This document shows, one piece after another, positions 28,547 through 37,545 of a DNA stretch of 64,000 nt. The translations under genes and the position numbers were made by a program. The notes below the pieces were generated by a model, which worked only from the letters and a program-made list of their open reading frames with translations, had not been told where the DNA came from and ran no database searches. Each line of letters opens with the position of its first letter. The stretch's first letter is position 1. The stretch comes from an uncultured bacterium (GTDB lineage Bacteria; Edwardsbacteria; AC1; EtOH8): positions 64,001-128,000 of the forward strand of contig CAWAAX010000027.1 in assembly GCA_963780225.1 (NCBI GenBank), given 5' to 3'.

Positions 28547-29335
28547 TTATTGTTTTTCGGTGACCAGGTAGTCCGGGCCGTCTATCCCCTGGTTGTATTC
28601 CTTGAGCACCGCGTTGATGGAGCCCACCAGGATCTTGCTTTTCATCAGCACCGGTATCCGGCGGCTGTCGTTGGTCAGCCAGACCAAAAGCCGCCCCTTG
28701 TTCTGGAACAGCCCGGGGTAGCGCAGCACCGGCTCCACCACCAGGCATTCCACCTTGCCGAAGATGGTCTTGATCTTTTCCTTCCGGAGGAGCTTGACCT
28801 CCAGCGGATAATTGTTCTTGTCGGTATGGTTGTCGATATACAGCGACTGTCCGGCCGCCAGGGAAAAGGTCCGGGCATAGTACAGCGAGGTCAGGATGTC
28901 CCGGGCCTGGGGCGTGGTGGCTATCACCTGCCCGTTGTTATAGGTGACTTGGTTCTGCTCCTGATCAAAATCCAGCGACTCCTCGTGGCGGTAGCCGCCC
29001 TCCCGCATCTTCTTCTGGTAGCGCAGGGAATAGAGGCGTTCGTAGTCGGTGAAGGCCTCGAACCGGTCGTGTACCTGGTAGAATTTGGAGAAGAAAGGGT
29101 TGGACCAGGTCTCGTTGACGATGTGGTAGGCGCTGCGCTGGCCCACGTAGGTCAGTTCGCTGTCAACCCTCAGGTAGGAATACCCCGCGGTGATGCCGGC
29201 ATATTCTATGGTATAGGTCATCTTTTCGCCCCGGTTGAACTTCCGGAAAGGTTCGGCGGCGGCCGGTGAGGACCCGGCCATACCCGCGGCCAGCCCGGCT
29301 AAAAGACAGAGGATGTTTAGTTTGGCATTGTTCAT
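28547..29335 (-). CDS. DUF3108-like exported protein
   Basis: GEKMTY.I.Y.GI.AG, DILTSLYY.R, VWLTND..RIPV; signal peptide. Confidence 0.75.
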   Translation of the reverse strand: MNNAKLNILCLLAGLAAGMAGSSPAAAEPFRKFNRGEKMTYTIEYAGITAGYSYLRVDSELTYVGQRSAYHIVNETWSNPFFSKFYQVHDRFEAFTDYERLYSLRYQKKMREGGYRHEESLDFDQEQNQVTYNNGQVIATTPQARDILTSLYYARTFSLAAGQSLYIDNHTDKNNYPLEVKLLRKEKIKTIFGKVECLVVEPVLRYPGLFQNKGRLLVWLTNDSRRIPVLMKSKILVGSINAVLKEYNQGIDGPDYLVTEKQ

Positions 29336-29353
29336 TGATATTTTGAACCGTCG

Positions 29354-30364
29354 TTAACTATTGCCGGTTTTGTTCGTCTCAGTTACTTTGGCCAGGACCT
29401 CCTCCACCGTGATCTTCTCCATGCAATCGTATTCCGGGCACTTTTGACCGGGACATTTTGGACAACTTCCTGCCGGGGGCCGGATGACCGCGTGCTCCAC
29501 CCCGTATGGCCCCCAGCGTTTTATCTCGCAGGTGGGGCAATACAGGCCTATGACTTTGGTGTTAACCGCCACTGCTACATGCAGAGGCCCGGTATTGTTG
29601 GTGACCAGCACTTTGGCCAGGGAGATCAGGGCCGCCATGTCTTTCAGAGGCAGGTTTTCCGCCCAGCCGACCTCGGCCGTCAAATGCTTTTTCAACGATG
29701 TTTTAAGATCCAGTTCCTGGGGCCCCAGGCTGATGATGACCCTGCCCCCTGCGCCCTGGATCCTGTCTGCCAGCTTGGCAAATGATGCCAGGGGCCAGGG
29801 TTTGGATGACCCGCTGCAGCCGGGATGGATCAGTATGAAATCCCTGCCGTATTCCTTGACCAGGTTTTCTTTCAGCTCGTCCGGCACCGTCAAAACCGGC
29901 GGCAGATAACGCTGGCCGTCCGCTGGCTGGAATCCCAGACCCTGACAGACCAGATCCAGGTTGTATTCCAGTTCATGTTTTAAATTTTGCTTCCGGTGCT
30001 GTTTTACCCGGCGGTTGAAAAGCAAGCTGTACCCCCGGTAGGCCGTGCCTATTCTGACCGGGATCCCGGTCAGCCAAAGGGCCGCCGCCAGACGAAGGGT
30101 GGGGTGCAGAAGTACTGTAGCGTCAAACCTGTAAGCCCGCAACATTCCCGCTAATTCAAAAAAGCTTTTTCCGGTATCTATCAAAGCTTCATCAATATCA
30201 TGAGCCAACGGGATCAGGGATGCCGTGTTTTTCGAGACCAGGTAAGTTAACTTGGCTTCCGGGAACCGGCGCTTTAGAACGGTTGCCGCGGGCAGGGCCA
30301 GCACCAGGTCCCCCAGCCTGTCGTTTCGGACCACCAGTATGTTTTTAAACCCTTTCTCTCCCAC
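29354..30364 (-). CDS. Glycosyltransferase family 9 (heptosyltransferase-like)
   Basis: ILVVRNDRLGDLVL, IHPG, NNTGPLHVAVA; GTG start 30364 after AAGGGG. Confidence 0.88.
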   Translation of the reverse strand: MGEKGFKNILVVRNDRLGDLVLALPAATVLKRRFPEAKLTYLVSKNTASLIPLAHDIDEALIDTGKSFFELAGMLRAYRFDATVLLHPTLRLAAALWLTGIPVRIGTAYRGYSLLFNRRVKQHRKQNLKHELEYNLDLVCQGLGFQPADGQRYLPPVLTVPDELKENLVKEYGRDFILIHPGCSGSSKPWPLASFAKLADRIQGAGGRVIISLGPQELDLKTSLKKHLTAEVGWAENLPLKDMAALISLAKVLVTNNTGPLHVAVAVNTKVIGLYCPTCEIKRWGPYGVEHAVIRPPAGSCPKCPGQKCPEYDCMEKITVEEVLAKVTETNKTGNS

Positions 30365-30372
30365 AAAGCCCC

Positions 30373-31512
30373 TTATGCTGATTTTTTGTTCTTTGGCCCC
30401 TTGGACAGGCTTTCCAAGCCGTGCCTGACCGCCAGCGTTATGGCTTCCAGGTCCAGCTGTTTGATGCAGGAAAGATGGCCGCAGGACTTCTTCCAGCAGG
30501 GACTGCAGGCGAGTTTCGAGAATATCTTCTCGCCCCGTCCGTAGAGCTCTATCTCGGTGCCGCAGGACAGCCCGAACCAGGCCACCACCCACTTTTTTAG
30601 GGCCACCGCCATGTGCAGGGCCGAGGTGTCCCCGGTGATGATCAGGTCGCAGGCCTCAATGTAGACCATGCCCCGGCGGATGCCCTCATCCGTGGGGCTG
30701 TCGATGACGAAGGCCCCGGCCTTTTTCCGGATCTCGGCGTTGCGCCCGGCCTCGGCCTTGCCGCCCAGCAGCATTATTTTTGTCCCGGGCCATTTTTTAT
30801 GGAATTGTTTTATCAGTTGAACATGCTGTTCGATGGTCATCTTTTTGTTGGGAAAAAGATCTGAGCATCCGGTATTGAACCCTATAACCAGGCCGGTCCC
30901 CTTGATCCCATTCTTCAGCCGGTAGTCTTTGGCCGCCTGTTTTTCCCCGTCCGTCAGGCAAAGGACGTAGTCCTCGTTTTTGTAATCCAGTTTCATGGCC
31001 TGGGCCAGGAATTTTATCCCGGTGACCTTATTTCTCTTGAACTTCAGTTCGTCATCTATCCCCAGCCGGTAGCCGTATTCCGCTTCGGGATTGAAATAGG
31101 TGATGGCCCCGTTCTCATCCATGGCAAATCCCAGTTTTTCCTTGGCCTTGACCAAAATTGCCAGGGCGTCGGAACGGTGGGCCTTGTCTATGGAATATAA
31201 TTTGTCAAAGCTCATGGCCTGGAGGATGGAGACAGTTTCAAAGTCGTAGGGCCAGATCTTGTCGATATAGGGATTGTTCTGCAGCAAAGGGACAGCCATC
31301 GGCAGGGTCACCCAGTGGATGGTGCTTTGGGGATGCTGGCGCTTGATGGCCGGCAGCAGGGCCGTGGTCATCAGCACCGCGCCCAGGGCGTCCAGGTTGA
31401 TGATCAGGATCCTGGTGCCCCGGGGCTCGCGCTTTTTGCAGCCCCGGCACAGCCAGCCGGGATGACACGGCTTGTAGCCGTTAAAATGTTTACAGTCTAT
31501 GGTCTGGTGCAA
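30373..31512 (-). CDS. Glycosyltransferase family 9
   Basis: ILIINLDALGAVL.TT, GDTSALHMAVAL, N-terminal Cys cluster. Confidence 0.88.
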   Translation of the reverse strand: MHQTIDCKHFNGYKPCHPGWLCRGCKKREPRGTRILIINLDALGAVLMTTALLPAIKRQHPQSTIHWVTLPMAVPLLQNNPYIDKIWPYDFETVSILQAMSFDKLYSIDKAHRSDALAILVKAKEKLGFAMDENGAITYFNPEAEYGYRLGIDDELKFKRNKVTGIKFLAQAMKLDYKNEDYVLCLTDGEKQAAKDYRLKNGIKGTGLVIGFNTGCSDLFPNKKMTIEQHVQLIKQFHKKWPGTKIMLLGGKAEAGRNAEIRKKAGAFVIDSPTDEGIRRGMVYIEACDLIITGDTSALHMAVALKKWVVAWFGLSCGTEIELYGRGEKIFSKLACSPCWKKSCGHLSCIKQLDLEAITLAVRHGLESLSKGPKNKKSA

Positions 31513-31566
31513 AACGATCCTTTAAAAGAAAGCAAATTGTTAATGAATTGTTGAAAGTTTTCGGGT

Positions 31567-32166
31567 TTACATCTCCTGGCGGCCTTCCAGCGCCCGGCTC
31601 AGGGTCACTTCGTCCGAGAACTCCAGATCGCTGCCCACCGGCAAACCCCGAGCGATGCGGGTGATCTTTATGCCCATCGGCTTTATCAGCTTCATCAGGT
31701 AAAGCGCGGTGGCCTCGCCCTCGGCGTTGGGGTTGGTGGCCATGATGATCTCCTTGACGTCGGTCTTCTCCAGTCGCTCCATCAGCTCCCGCACCCGCAG
31801 GTCGTCCGGGCCGATGCCGTCCAGCGGAGAGAGGTGTCCCTGCAGCACGTGGTACCGGCCCTTAAAATCGGCGGTCCTTTCCAGGGCCAGCAGGTCGTTG
31901 ACCTCCTCCACCACGCAGAAGATCGAGTCGTCCCGGCCGGCATCCCGGCACAGGTCGCACAGGTCCTGCTCCGAGGCATTGAAGCACTGCTGGCAGAACC
32001 GCACCTTCTGTTTGAGTTCCAGGATGGCGTGGGCCAAAGCCTCGGCGTCGTCCGGAGAGGACTTCAACAGATAAAAGGCCAGACGCTGGGCGGTCTTGCG
32101 CCCAATGCCCGGCAGTTTCATCAGTTCGTCCACTGTACGGTTGAGTATTTCCGATCCGTAGTTCAT
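31567..32166 (-). CDS. recR: Recombination mediator RecR
   Basis: LPGIGRKTAQRLAF, C4 zinc finger, YHVL.G.LSPLDGIGP, EGEATA. Confidence 0.97.
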   Translation of the reverse strand: MNYGSEILNRTVDELMKLPGIGRKTAQRLAFYLLKSSPDDAEALAHAILELKQKVRFCQQCFNASEQDLCDLCRDAGRDDSIFCVVEEVNDLLALERTADFKGRYHVLQGHLSPLDGIGPDDLRVRELMERLEKTDVKEIIMATNPNAEGEATALYLMKLIKPMGIKITRIARGLPVGSDLEFSDEVTLSRALEGRQEM

Positions 32167-32180
32167 AAAGAATCCTTTTT

Positions 32181-32260
32181 GCCACTAAGACACTAAGGCA
32201 CTAACTCGTTAATCGTTTTGTTGTTTGAAAGTGGTATTTGTGTCTTTGTGCCTTGGTGGC
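32181..32260. repeat. 80-bp arm-conserved palindromic element
   Basis: GCCACTAAGACACTAAGGCAC...GTGTCTTTGTGCCTTGGTGGC; sister copy at 55796-55875. Confidence 0.75.
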
Positions 32261-32271
32261 AAGGCTTCGGT

Positions 32272-32610
32272 TTAAAACATCCCCGGCAGGTGAAACGGTG
32301 AGCTTGCCGAACTGCTCATCCCGCCGGTCAAAACCGACATCTCCTTTGCCGCCAACTCCCGGGACAGCTTGAGGGCCTCCTGCACCCCGCTGAGCACCAG
32401 TTCCTGCAGCATCCCGGCCTCCTCCGGCTTGATGATCTCGGCCGAGATCCTGATGTCCAGTATGTTCTGCTGTCCGTCGGCCGTCACCTTGACCATGCCC
32501 CCGCCCACCGAAGCCTCCACCCGTTTGTTCCCCAGCTCCTTCTGGATGCTTTCCATCTTGGACTGCATCATCTGGGCCTGCTTTAAAATATCCCCCATTC
32601 CTTTAGCCAT
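32272..32610 (-). CDS. ybaB: YbaB/EbfC nucleoid-associated protein
   Basis: KQAQMMQ, GGGMVKVTADG; between dnaX and recR. Confidence 0.93.
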   Translation of the reverse strand: MAKGMGDILKQAQMMQSKMESIQKELGNKRVEASVGGGMVKVTADGQQNILDIRISAEIIKPEEAGMLQELVLSGVQEALKLSRELAAKEMSVLTGGMSSSASSPFHLPGMF

Positions 32611-32783
32611 ATTCAGCTTTCAAGTATTTATTTTAACCACAAAAACATGCGCTGAGCTGTGCCGAAGTGGCACAGAGGACACAAAAATCAATATAAAGAG
32701 TTATACTACCTGTAGTAGCAAGACCACTATAAAATATATTTTGTGGGTTTTGTGCTTTCTGTGGTAAATTAGTTGTTCTCGGT

Positions 32784-34469
32784 TTACAGTACTTCGCCTT
32801 CCACCTGGTCCAAAAAACCCTTGATCTTGGCCGAGCCCAGCGCCTGGTTCCGGCGCCGGTCGGTCTCGTCCTGCAGGCTGGCCCGGGCCGGCTGGCCGTT
32901 GCCTGTTGACGCCTGTTCCTGAGTTATCTGACAGGACAATTTCAGCCGCTGGCCCCAAAGGCGAACGGTCTCTTCATCCAGCATCTGCTGGTTGGCCTTG
33001 TTCTCCAGGGAATCGGTGAAGAATTTGGAGTTGGTGCCGTAGCTTACGGTCAGCCTTCCATCGCTGATGCCCACGGGCCTGGCCGCTTCCAGACAGGTTC
33101 CCAGCAGCATGTTGCGGCTTTTGATTGATGACACCAGGTCCTTCCACAGGTTTTCAAAATCTCCGTTCAAGACTGCGGGCAAAGTTTTAGGCTCTTCCCG
33201 GACCGGAGTGGCGGCATAGACCGCAGCCGGGGGCTGGCGTACCGAGGGGGGAGCAACCGCCGCACTTTTCAAGCCGGTTGGTTTGACATCCTCCCTGCCG
33301 CTGTTCTGCACCGGCCTGGGGTTTGATTCCGGACCGTTATCGCCTCCCAAACCGTTTATCAGTTCTTCTATCTTTACGGTCTCGTCCAGGTCCGAAAGAC
33401 GTAAACAGGCCGCTTCCAGCACCAGCCGGGACTGGCTGCTTCGTTTCATGGTGGTCTCGGTCTCCACCAGTATCCTGACCATCCGCAGAAGATCGCGGCC
33501 CTGGATCCCGCCGGCCTGCTTCAGATAATTCCCCCGGGCGTCGGCCGGAACGTCAGACAGGGCTATGTTGGGCTGGCCGGCCGCTATCACCATCAGCTTG
33601 CGGAAGTGGGCCAAAAGGCCCAGGGCAAATTCCTGCAGGTCGTAGCCGCCGGAGGACACCTGTTCCACTAATTCCAGCAGTCCGGCCTGGTCCCTGCTCC
33701 GGATCAGATCCACGGTCTTGAAGAACAGGGCCTCGTCCACCAGGCCCAGCACCTGCCGGGCGTCCTCGGCCGTCAGCTTCTGGCCGCCGTAGGAGATCAG
33801 CTGGTCCAGCAGGCTGATGGCGTCGCGCATTGAGCCCTCGGATTTCTGGGCCACCAGGTACAGACAGTCGTCCGTGGCCTGGACCTCCTCGCCCTCCAGC
33901 ATTCTTTTGACGTAATCCACCACCACCGAAACCTCCACCTTGCGGAAGTCGAAGCGCTGGCAGCGGGACAGGATGGTGATGGGAACCTTGTGGATCTCGG
34001 TGGTGGCGAAGATGAAGATGGCGTGGGCCGGGGGCTCCTCCAGCGTCTTCAGCAGGGCGTTGAAGGCCTCCTTGGTCAGCATGTGGACTTCGTCTATGAT
34101 GTAGATCTTGTATTTGCCCTGGGTGGGGGTGTACTTGACGTTCTCCCTCAGGTCGCGGATCTCGTCGATGCCGCGGTTGGAGGCGCCGTCGATCTCCAGC
34201 ACGTCTATGCTGCGGGAACCGGTGATCTCCACGCAGGAGGAGCATTTGTTGCAGGGGGTCTCGGTGGGACCCTCGGCGCAGTTCAACGCCTTGGCCAGCA
34301 CCCGGGCGGCCGAGGTCTTGCCCACCCCCCGGGCCCCGGAGAACAGGTAGGCATGGGCGATGCGCTTGGATTTGATGGCATTGCGCAAGGTGGTGGTCAC
34401 ATGCTGCTGGCCGATCAGCTGCTCAAAATTCTGGGGCCGCCACTTGCGGGCTAAGACTAAATATGACAT
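32784..34469 (-). CDS. dnaX: DNA polymerase III subunit gamma/tau
   Basis: YLVLARKWRP, GARGVGKT, EIDGASNRG, DEVHML, SRCQRFDF. Confidence 0.97.
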   Translation of the reverse strand: MSYLVLARKWRPQNFEQLIGQQHVTTTLRNAIKSKRIAHAYLFSGARGVGKTSAARVLAKALNCAEGPTETPCNKCSSCVEITGSRSIDVLEIDGASNRGIDEIRDLRENVKYTPTQGKYKIYIIDEVHMLTKEAFNALLKTLEEPPAHAIFIFATTEIHKVPITILSRCQRFDFRKVEVSVVVDYVKRMLEGEEVQATDDCLYLVAQKSEGSMRDAISLLDQLISYGGQKLTAEDARQVLGLVDEALFFKTVDLIRSRDQAGLLELVEQVSSGGYDLQEFALGLLAHFRKLMVIAAGQPNIALSDVPADARGNYLKQAGGIQGRDLLRMVRILVETETTMKRSSQSRLVLEAACLRLSDLDETVKIEELINGLGGDNGPESNPRPVQNSGREDVKPTGLKSAAVAPPSVRQPPAAVYAATPVREEPKTLPAVLNGDFENLWKDLVSSIKSRNMLLGTCLEAARPVGISDGRLTVSYGTNSKFFTDSLENKANQQMLDEETVRLWGQRLKLSCQITQEQASTGNGQPARASLQDETDRRRNQALGSAKIKGFLDQVEGEVL

Positions 34470-34641
34470 AACAAAACCAGCATCTATAATAATTACTAAT
34501 TTCTAAACTTGTCCTGAGCGAAGCCGAAGGATTCTAAACTCTAAACAAATATCAATTACCAAAATCCAAAAAGACTGTTTGAGGTTTGTGGTTTGGATAT
34601 TATTTAGGATTTCGATATTAGGTTTTAGGGTTTAAGTAAGT

Positions 34642-34740
<99 letters not shown>

Positions 34741-34747
34741 AATATTG

Positions 34748-34776
34748 ATTTTAACAGAGGACGGTGGTTTTGTCAA
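34748..34776 (-). promoter_or_regulatory. Sigma70 promoter of ffs
   Basis: TTGACA-17-TAAAAT ending 7 nt before the RNA 5' end. Confidence 0.8.
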
Positions 34777-34819
34777 CAAGATTGGATCATTCTGTGGATC
34801 ATTCCAAATAGGAAGTAAT

Positions 34820-34940
34820 TAAAAAATGGGAAATAGGAACCACTGCCCTTGGTTTCACTTCCCACTTTCCACTTCCCATTTCCCATTTAGCCATTTCCCA
34901 TTTATCTTCTTCCCATTTCCCATTTATCCACTTTTCATTT
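34820..34940. repeat. Heptamer repeat array (TTTCCCA-like) with a short complementary arm
   Basis: AAATGGGAAATAGG followed by many CCATTTC-like units. Confidence 0.75.
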
Positions 34941-36039
34941 ATTTCTGTCTCTCCAGCATCCTCTTTATCCCCGACTGCACCACCTCCAGCTCGGCCGATG
35001 TGCAGGTCTTGTCCAGCCCCCGGACGCCGTAGAAATCCTTGTTCAACGGCCGCCACAGCTCGGGGTCGTACAGGCCAAAGATGGCGAAGGTGGGCGCTCC
35101 CACCGCCGCCGAAAGGTGCATGATGCCGGTATTGTTGCACACCACCAGTCTCAGCTGACTGATGACCCCGGCCAGCTGCCGTATATCCAGGCCAGGCAGG
35201 GGTGTCACCTTGGCATTGACCACCCCCAGGAACCGCTCGCCCAGGTCTTCCTCGCGCGGTCCCCAGAACACGGCCACCTGGAATCCCAGCTCTTTGGCCA
35301 GCCAGTCGGCCAGGGCCGCGTACTTCTGGTAAGGCCACCGGTTAGGCGTGTTATAGGCGCCCAGGTTCAGACCAATGGTCTTCTCCGGCACCAGGTGATG
35401 GTCCCACAAAACTTTTTTCCCCTGCTCTTTCTCCTCCGGAGTCAGGTAAACTTCTTCCGACAGATCGCCGGTGGGGATGCCCAGGTGCTCCAGGATCAAA
35501 AGACTGCGCTTAGTTTCGTGAATGGGTGAAACTGACGGAGAGGACAGTACATTGTAAAAAAGATTAGGCCGGAAATTGTAGAACGGCATTTCCGCCGTCC
35601 CCAGCCGGTAACGGGCTCCGGACAGCAGGCACAGGATATCGCTGGAGAGCGAGTGGGAAACGGTGTTAAGCACTATGCACAAGTCATAGGGCTGCCTCAG
35701 GCCCTGGAACAGCCGGAACAGCCTTTTGGGCGTGGCTAATTTAAGCTTTTCCGGGTAGACCAGCACCTGGTCAATGTTGGGGTTGTTCTGCAGGACAGTG
35801 TGGGTGTAATAGCGGGCCAGGACGGTTATTTTTGCCTGGGGAAATCTTTGCCTTAAGGCCCGGTATACCGGCGTGGTCAGGATCAGGTCGCCCAGCTGGT
35901 CGTGCTGGCGGATCACCAGGATGCTTTTGACCGAACCAAGGTCCACCTGGTCCGGGGGGTAAAGCACATCGGGCAGGAGGGCTGAGAAAAGGCCGATCAG
36001 GGCCTTCTTGAATATTTTTTCAGTTTTGGGTATGCGCAT
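34939..36039 (-). CDS. Glycosyltransferase family 9
   Basis: ILVIRQHDQLGDLIL.TP, NNTGIMHLSAAVG. Confidence 0.9.
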   Translation of the reverse strand: MRIPKTEKIFKKALIGLFSALLPDVLYPPDQVDLGSVKSILVIRQHDQLGDLILTTPVYRALRQRFPQAKITVLARYYTHTVLQNNPNIDQVLVYPEKLKLATPKRLFRLFQGLRQPYDLCIVLNTVSHSLSSDILCLLSGARYRLGTAEMPFYNFRPNLFYNVLSSPSVSPIHETKRSLLILEHLGIPTGDLSEEVYLTPEEKEQGKKVLWDHHLVPEKTIGLNLGAYNTPNRWPYQKYAALADWLAKELGFQVAVFWGPREEDLGERFLGVVNAKVTPLPGLDIRQLAGVISQLRLVVCNNTGIMHLSAAVGAPTFAIFGLYDPELWRPLNKDFYGVRGLDKTCTSAELEVVQSGIKRMLERQK

Positions 36040-36105
36040 GAGGGTGATGGTACTATAAACCTATTTATTAAAGAAACAACTCTGTTTTAAATACTTTAAG
36101 CCTGC

Positions 36106-37161
36106 TTATTCATTGTGATCAACAATTTTCTTGGTGGAAGCTTCAATTTGTTTTAATTTCTGTTCTGCTTCTACAAAATGCTTTTCTACTTCTGTCGGTT
36201 CCTCAATCTGCTGTCGGCGGAATTTGTCATATTCTTCATGAGCTTTTTCTATTGCTGTTTCGTTGCTGATTTTTCCGGAATGGGTCAATAATTCTCTGCC
36301 GGTCATGGTTAGGAACTGATTCAAACGCTCACTCCAATCCTTCATGGTCATGGGTATCCGACGCATAGCCTGAATTTCCGCCAATTCCAGATAGGCTGTT
36401 ACCATACGATTCAACAGAACGAGTTCTTCTGCCCTCAAATAGTTTTTTGCGACCTCAACATCCCGTTTAAGCAGTTTCTTGCCTGGATAGTTTGTAATGC
36501 CCATATTTTGCTCGGCAGCAGCAGCGCGATTGTATATGATTTCAGCGGCGGTATGTCCATGAGCTGCCCAGTGCATCTTGTTTTGCACCTGCTTGAAAAA
36601 CTCTTTAGAGGTTTCGGCGGAAGGGCTATAATCAATACTGGTGGCGTATATATCCAGCACTTTTCGCCAGAATATTTTTTCCGATGAGCGGATGTCCCGG
36701 ATACGGGCAAGCAGTTCTTCAAAGTAGCGGCCGCCTTCGGGTTCTTTCAAACGTTCATCGTCCAGGGTGAAGCCTTTAACAATATACTCCCCGAGCCTTT
36801 TAGTCGCCCAGATGCGGAATCGGGTGGCAATGTTGCTTTTAACCCGATAGCCCACTGAAATGATAATGTCCAGATTGTAATATTCCAGATTGCGCTGAAC
36901 CTGCCGCTGACCTTCGGAGCGAACCAACAAGAATTTCTTGTGAGTTGCCTCAGGCGTCAATTCACCTTCTTCATATATGTTTTGAATGTGTTGACTTATA
37001 TTCTGCTGGGTGGTTTGATACAGTTCCGCCATCAAGGGCTGTGTCAGCCAAACAGTTCCATCCTGCAGTCTTGTTTCAATCCGCAAATCACCGTTTTCTG
37101 CTTGGTAGAGAAGAATTTCACCACCCTTGCTTTTAACAGATTTTTTTTGCGCTTTGCCCAT
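36106..37161 (-). CDS. rhuM: RhuM family protein
   Basis: VWLTQ..MAELYQ, YNLDIIISVGYRVKS, FRIWAT, RIRDIRSSEK, VQNKMH.A..G.TAAE, VAKNYL. Confidence 0.9.
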   Translation of the reverse strand: MGKAQKKSVKSKGGEILLYQAENGDLRIETRLQDGTVWLTQPLMAELYQTTQQNISQHIQNIYEEGELTPEATHKKFLLVRSEGQRQVQRNLEYYNLDIIISVGYRVKSNIATRFRIWATKRLGEYIVKGFTLDDERLKEPEGGRYFEELLARIRDIRSSEKIFWRKVLDIYATSIDYSPSAETSKEFFKQVQNKMHWAAHGHTAAEIIYNRAAAAEQNMGITNYPGKKLLKRDVEVAKNYLRAEELVLLNRMVTAYLELAEIQAMRRIPMTMKDWSERLNQFLTMTGRELLTHSGKISNETAIEKAHEEYDKFRRQQIEEPTEVEKHFVEAEQKLKQIEASTKKIVDHNE

Positions 37162-37403
37162 TATTTACCCTCCAACGCCGGCATCAATTCCTTTTTCATA
37201 ACATCGCAAATCAAATTAAGTTCTTTAATAGTCCCGCAATTCGTCGTCATTTCGCCCAGCTGGTCGTGCTGGCGGATCACCAGGATGCTTTTGACCGAAC
37301 CAAGGTCCACCTGGTCCGGGGAATAAAGAACGTCGGACAGGAAGGCAGAGAAAAGGCCGATCATGGCCTTCTTGAATATTTTTTCAGTTTTGGGTATGCG
37401 CAT
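37161..37403 (-). pseudogene. Duplicated 5' fragment of the GT9 gene fused to an unrelated tail of about 30 aa
   Basis: 37252-37412 closely matches 35888-36048; stop overlaps rhuM start (TAATG). Confidence 0.8.
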
Positions 37404-37545
37404 GATGGTGATTAGTACTTTAAGTCTATTGGTTGTATGCCGCACTTCTTTGTTTGTCTTGATTTTTCCCTACTTTATGACCTATCATGGTGCGTTAAAT
37501 TGGTGGTTCTTTTTCTTTTTGGTGCAACGGCCTACAAACTATTTC

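Noticed and set aside
34799..35338. ORF with KWE repeats
   Set aside because: Alternate frame of the GT9 gene running into the heptamer array
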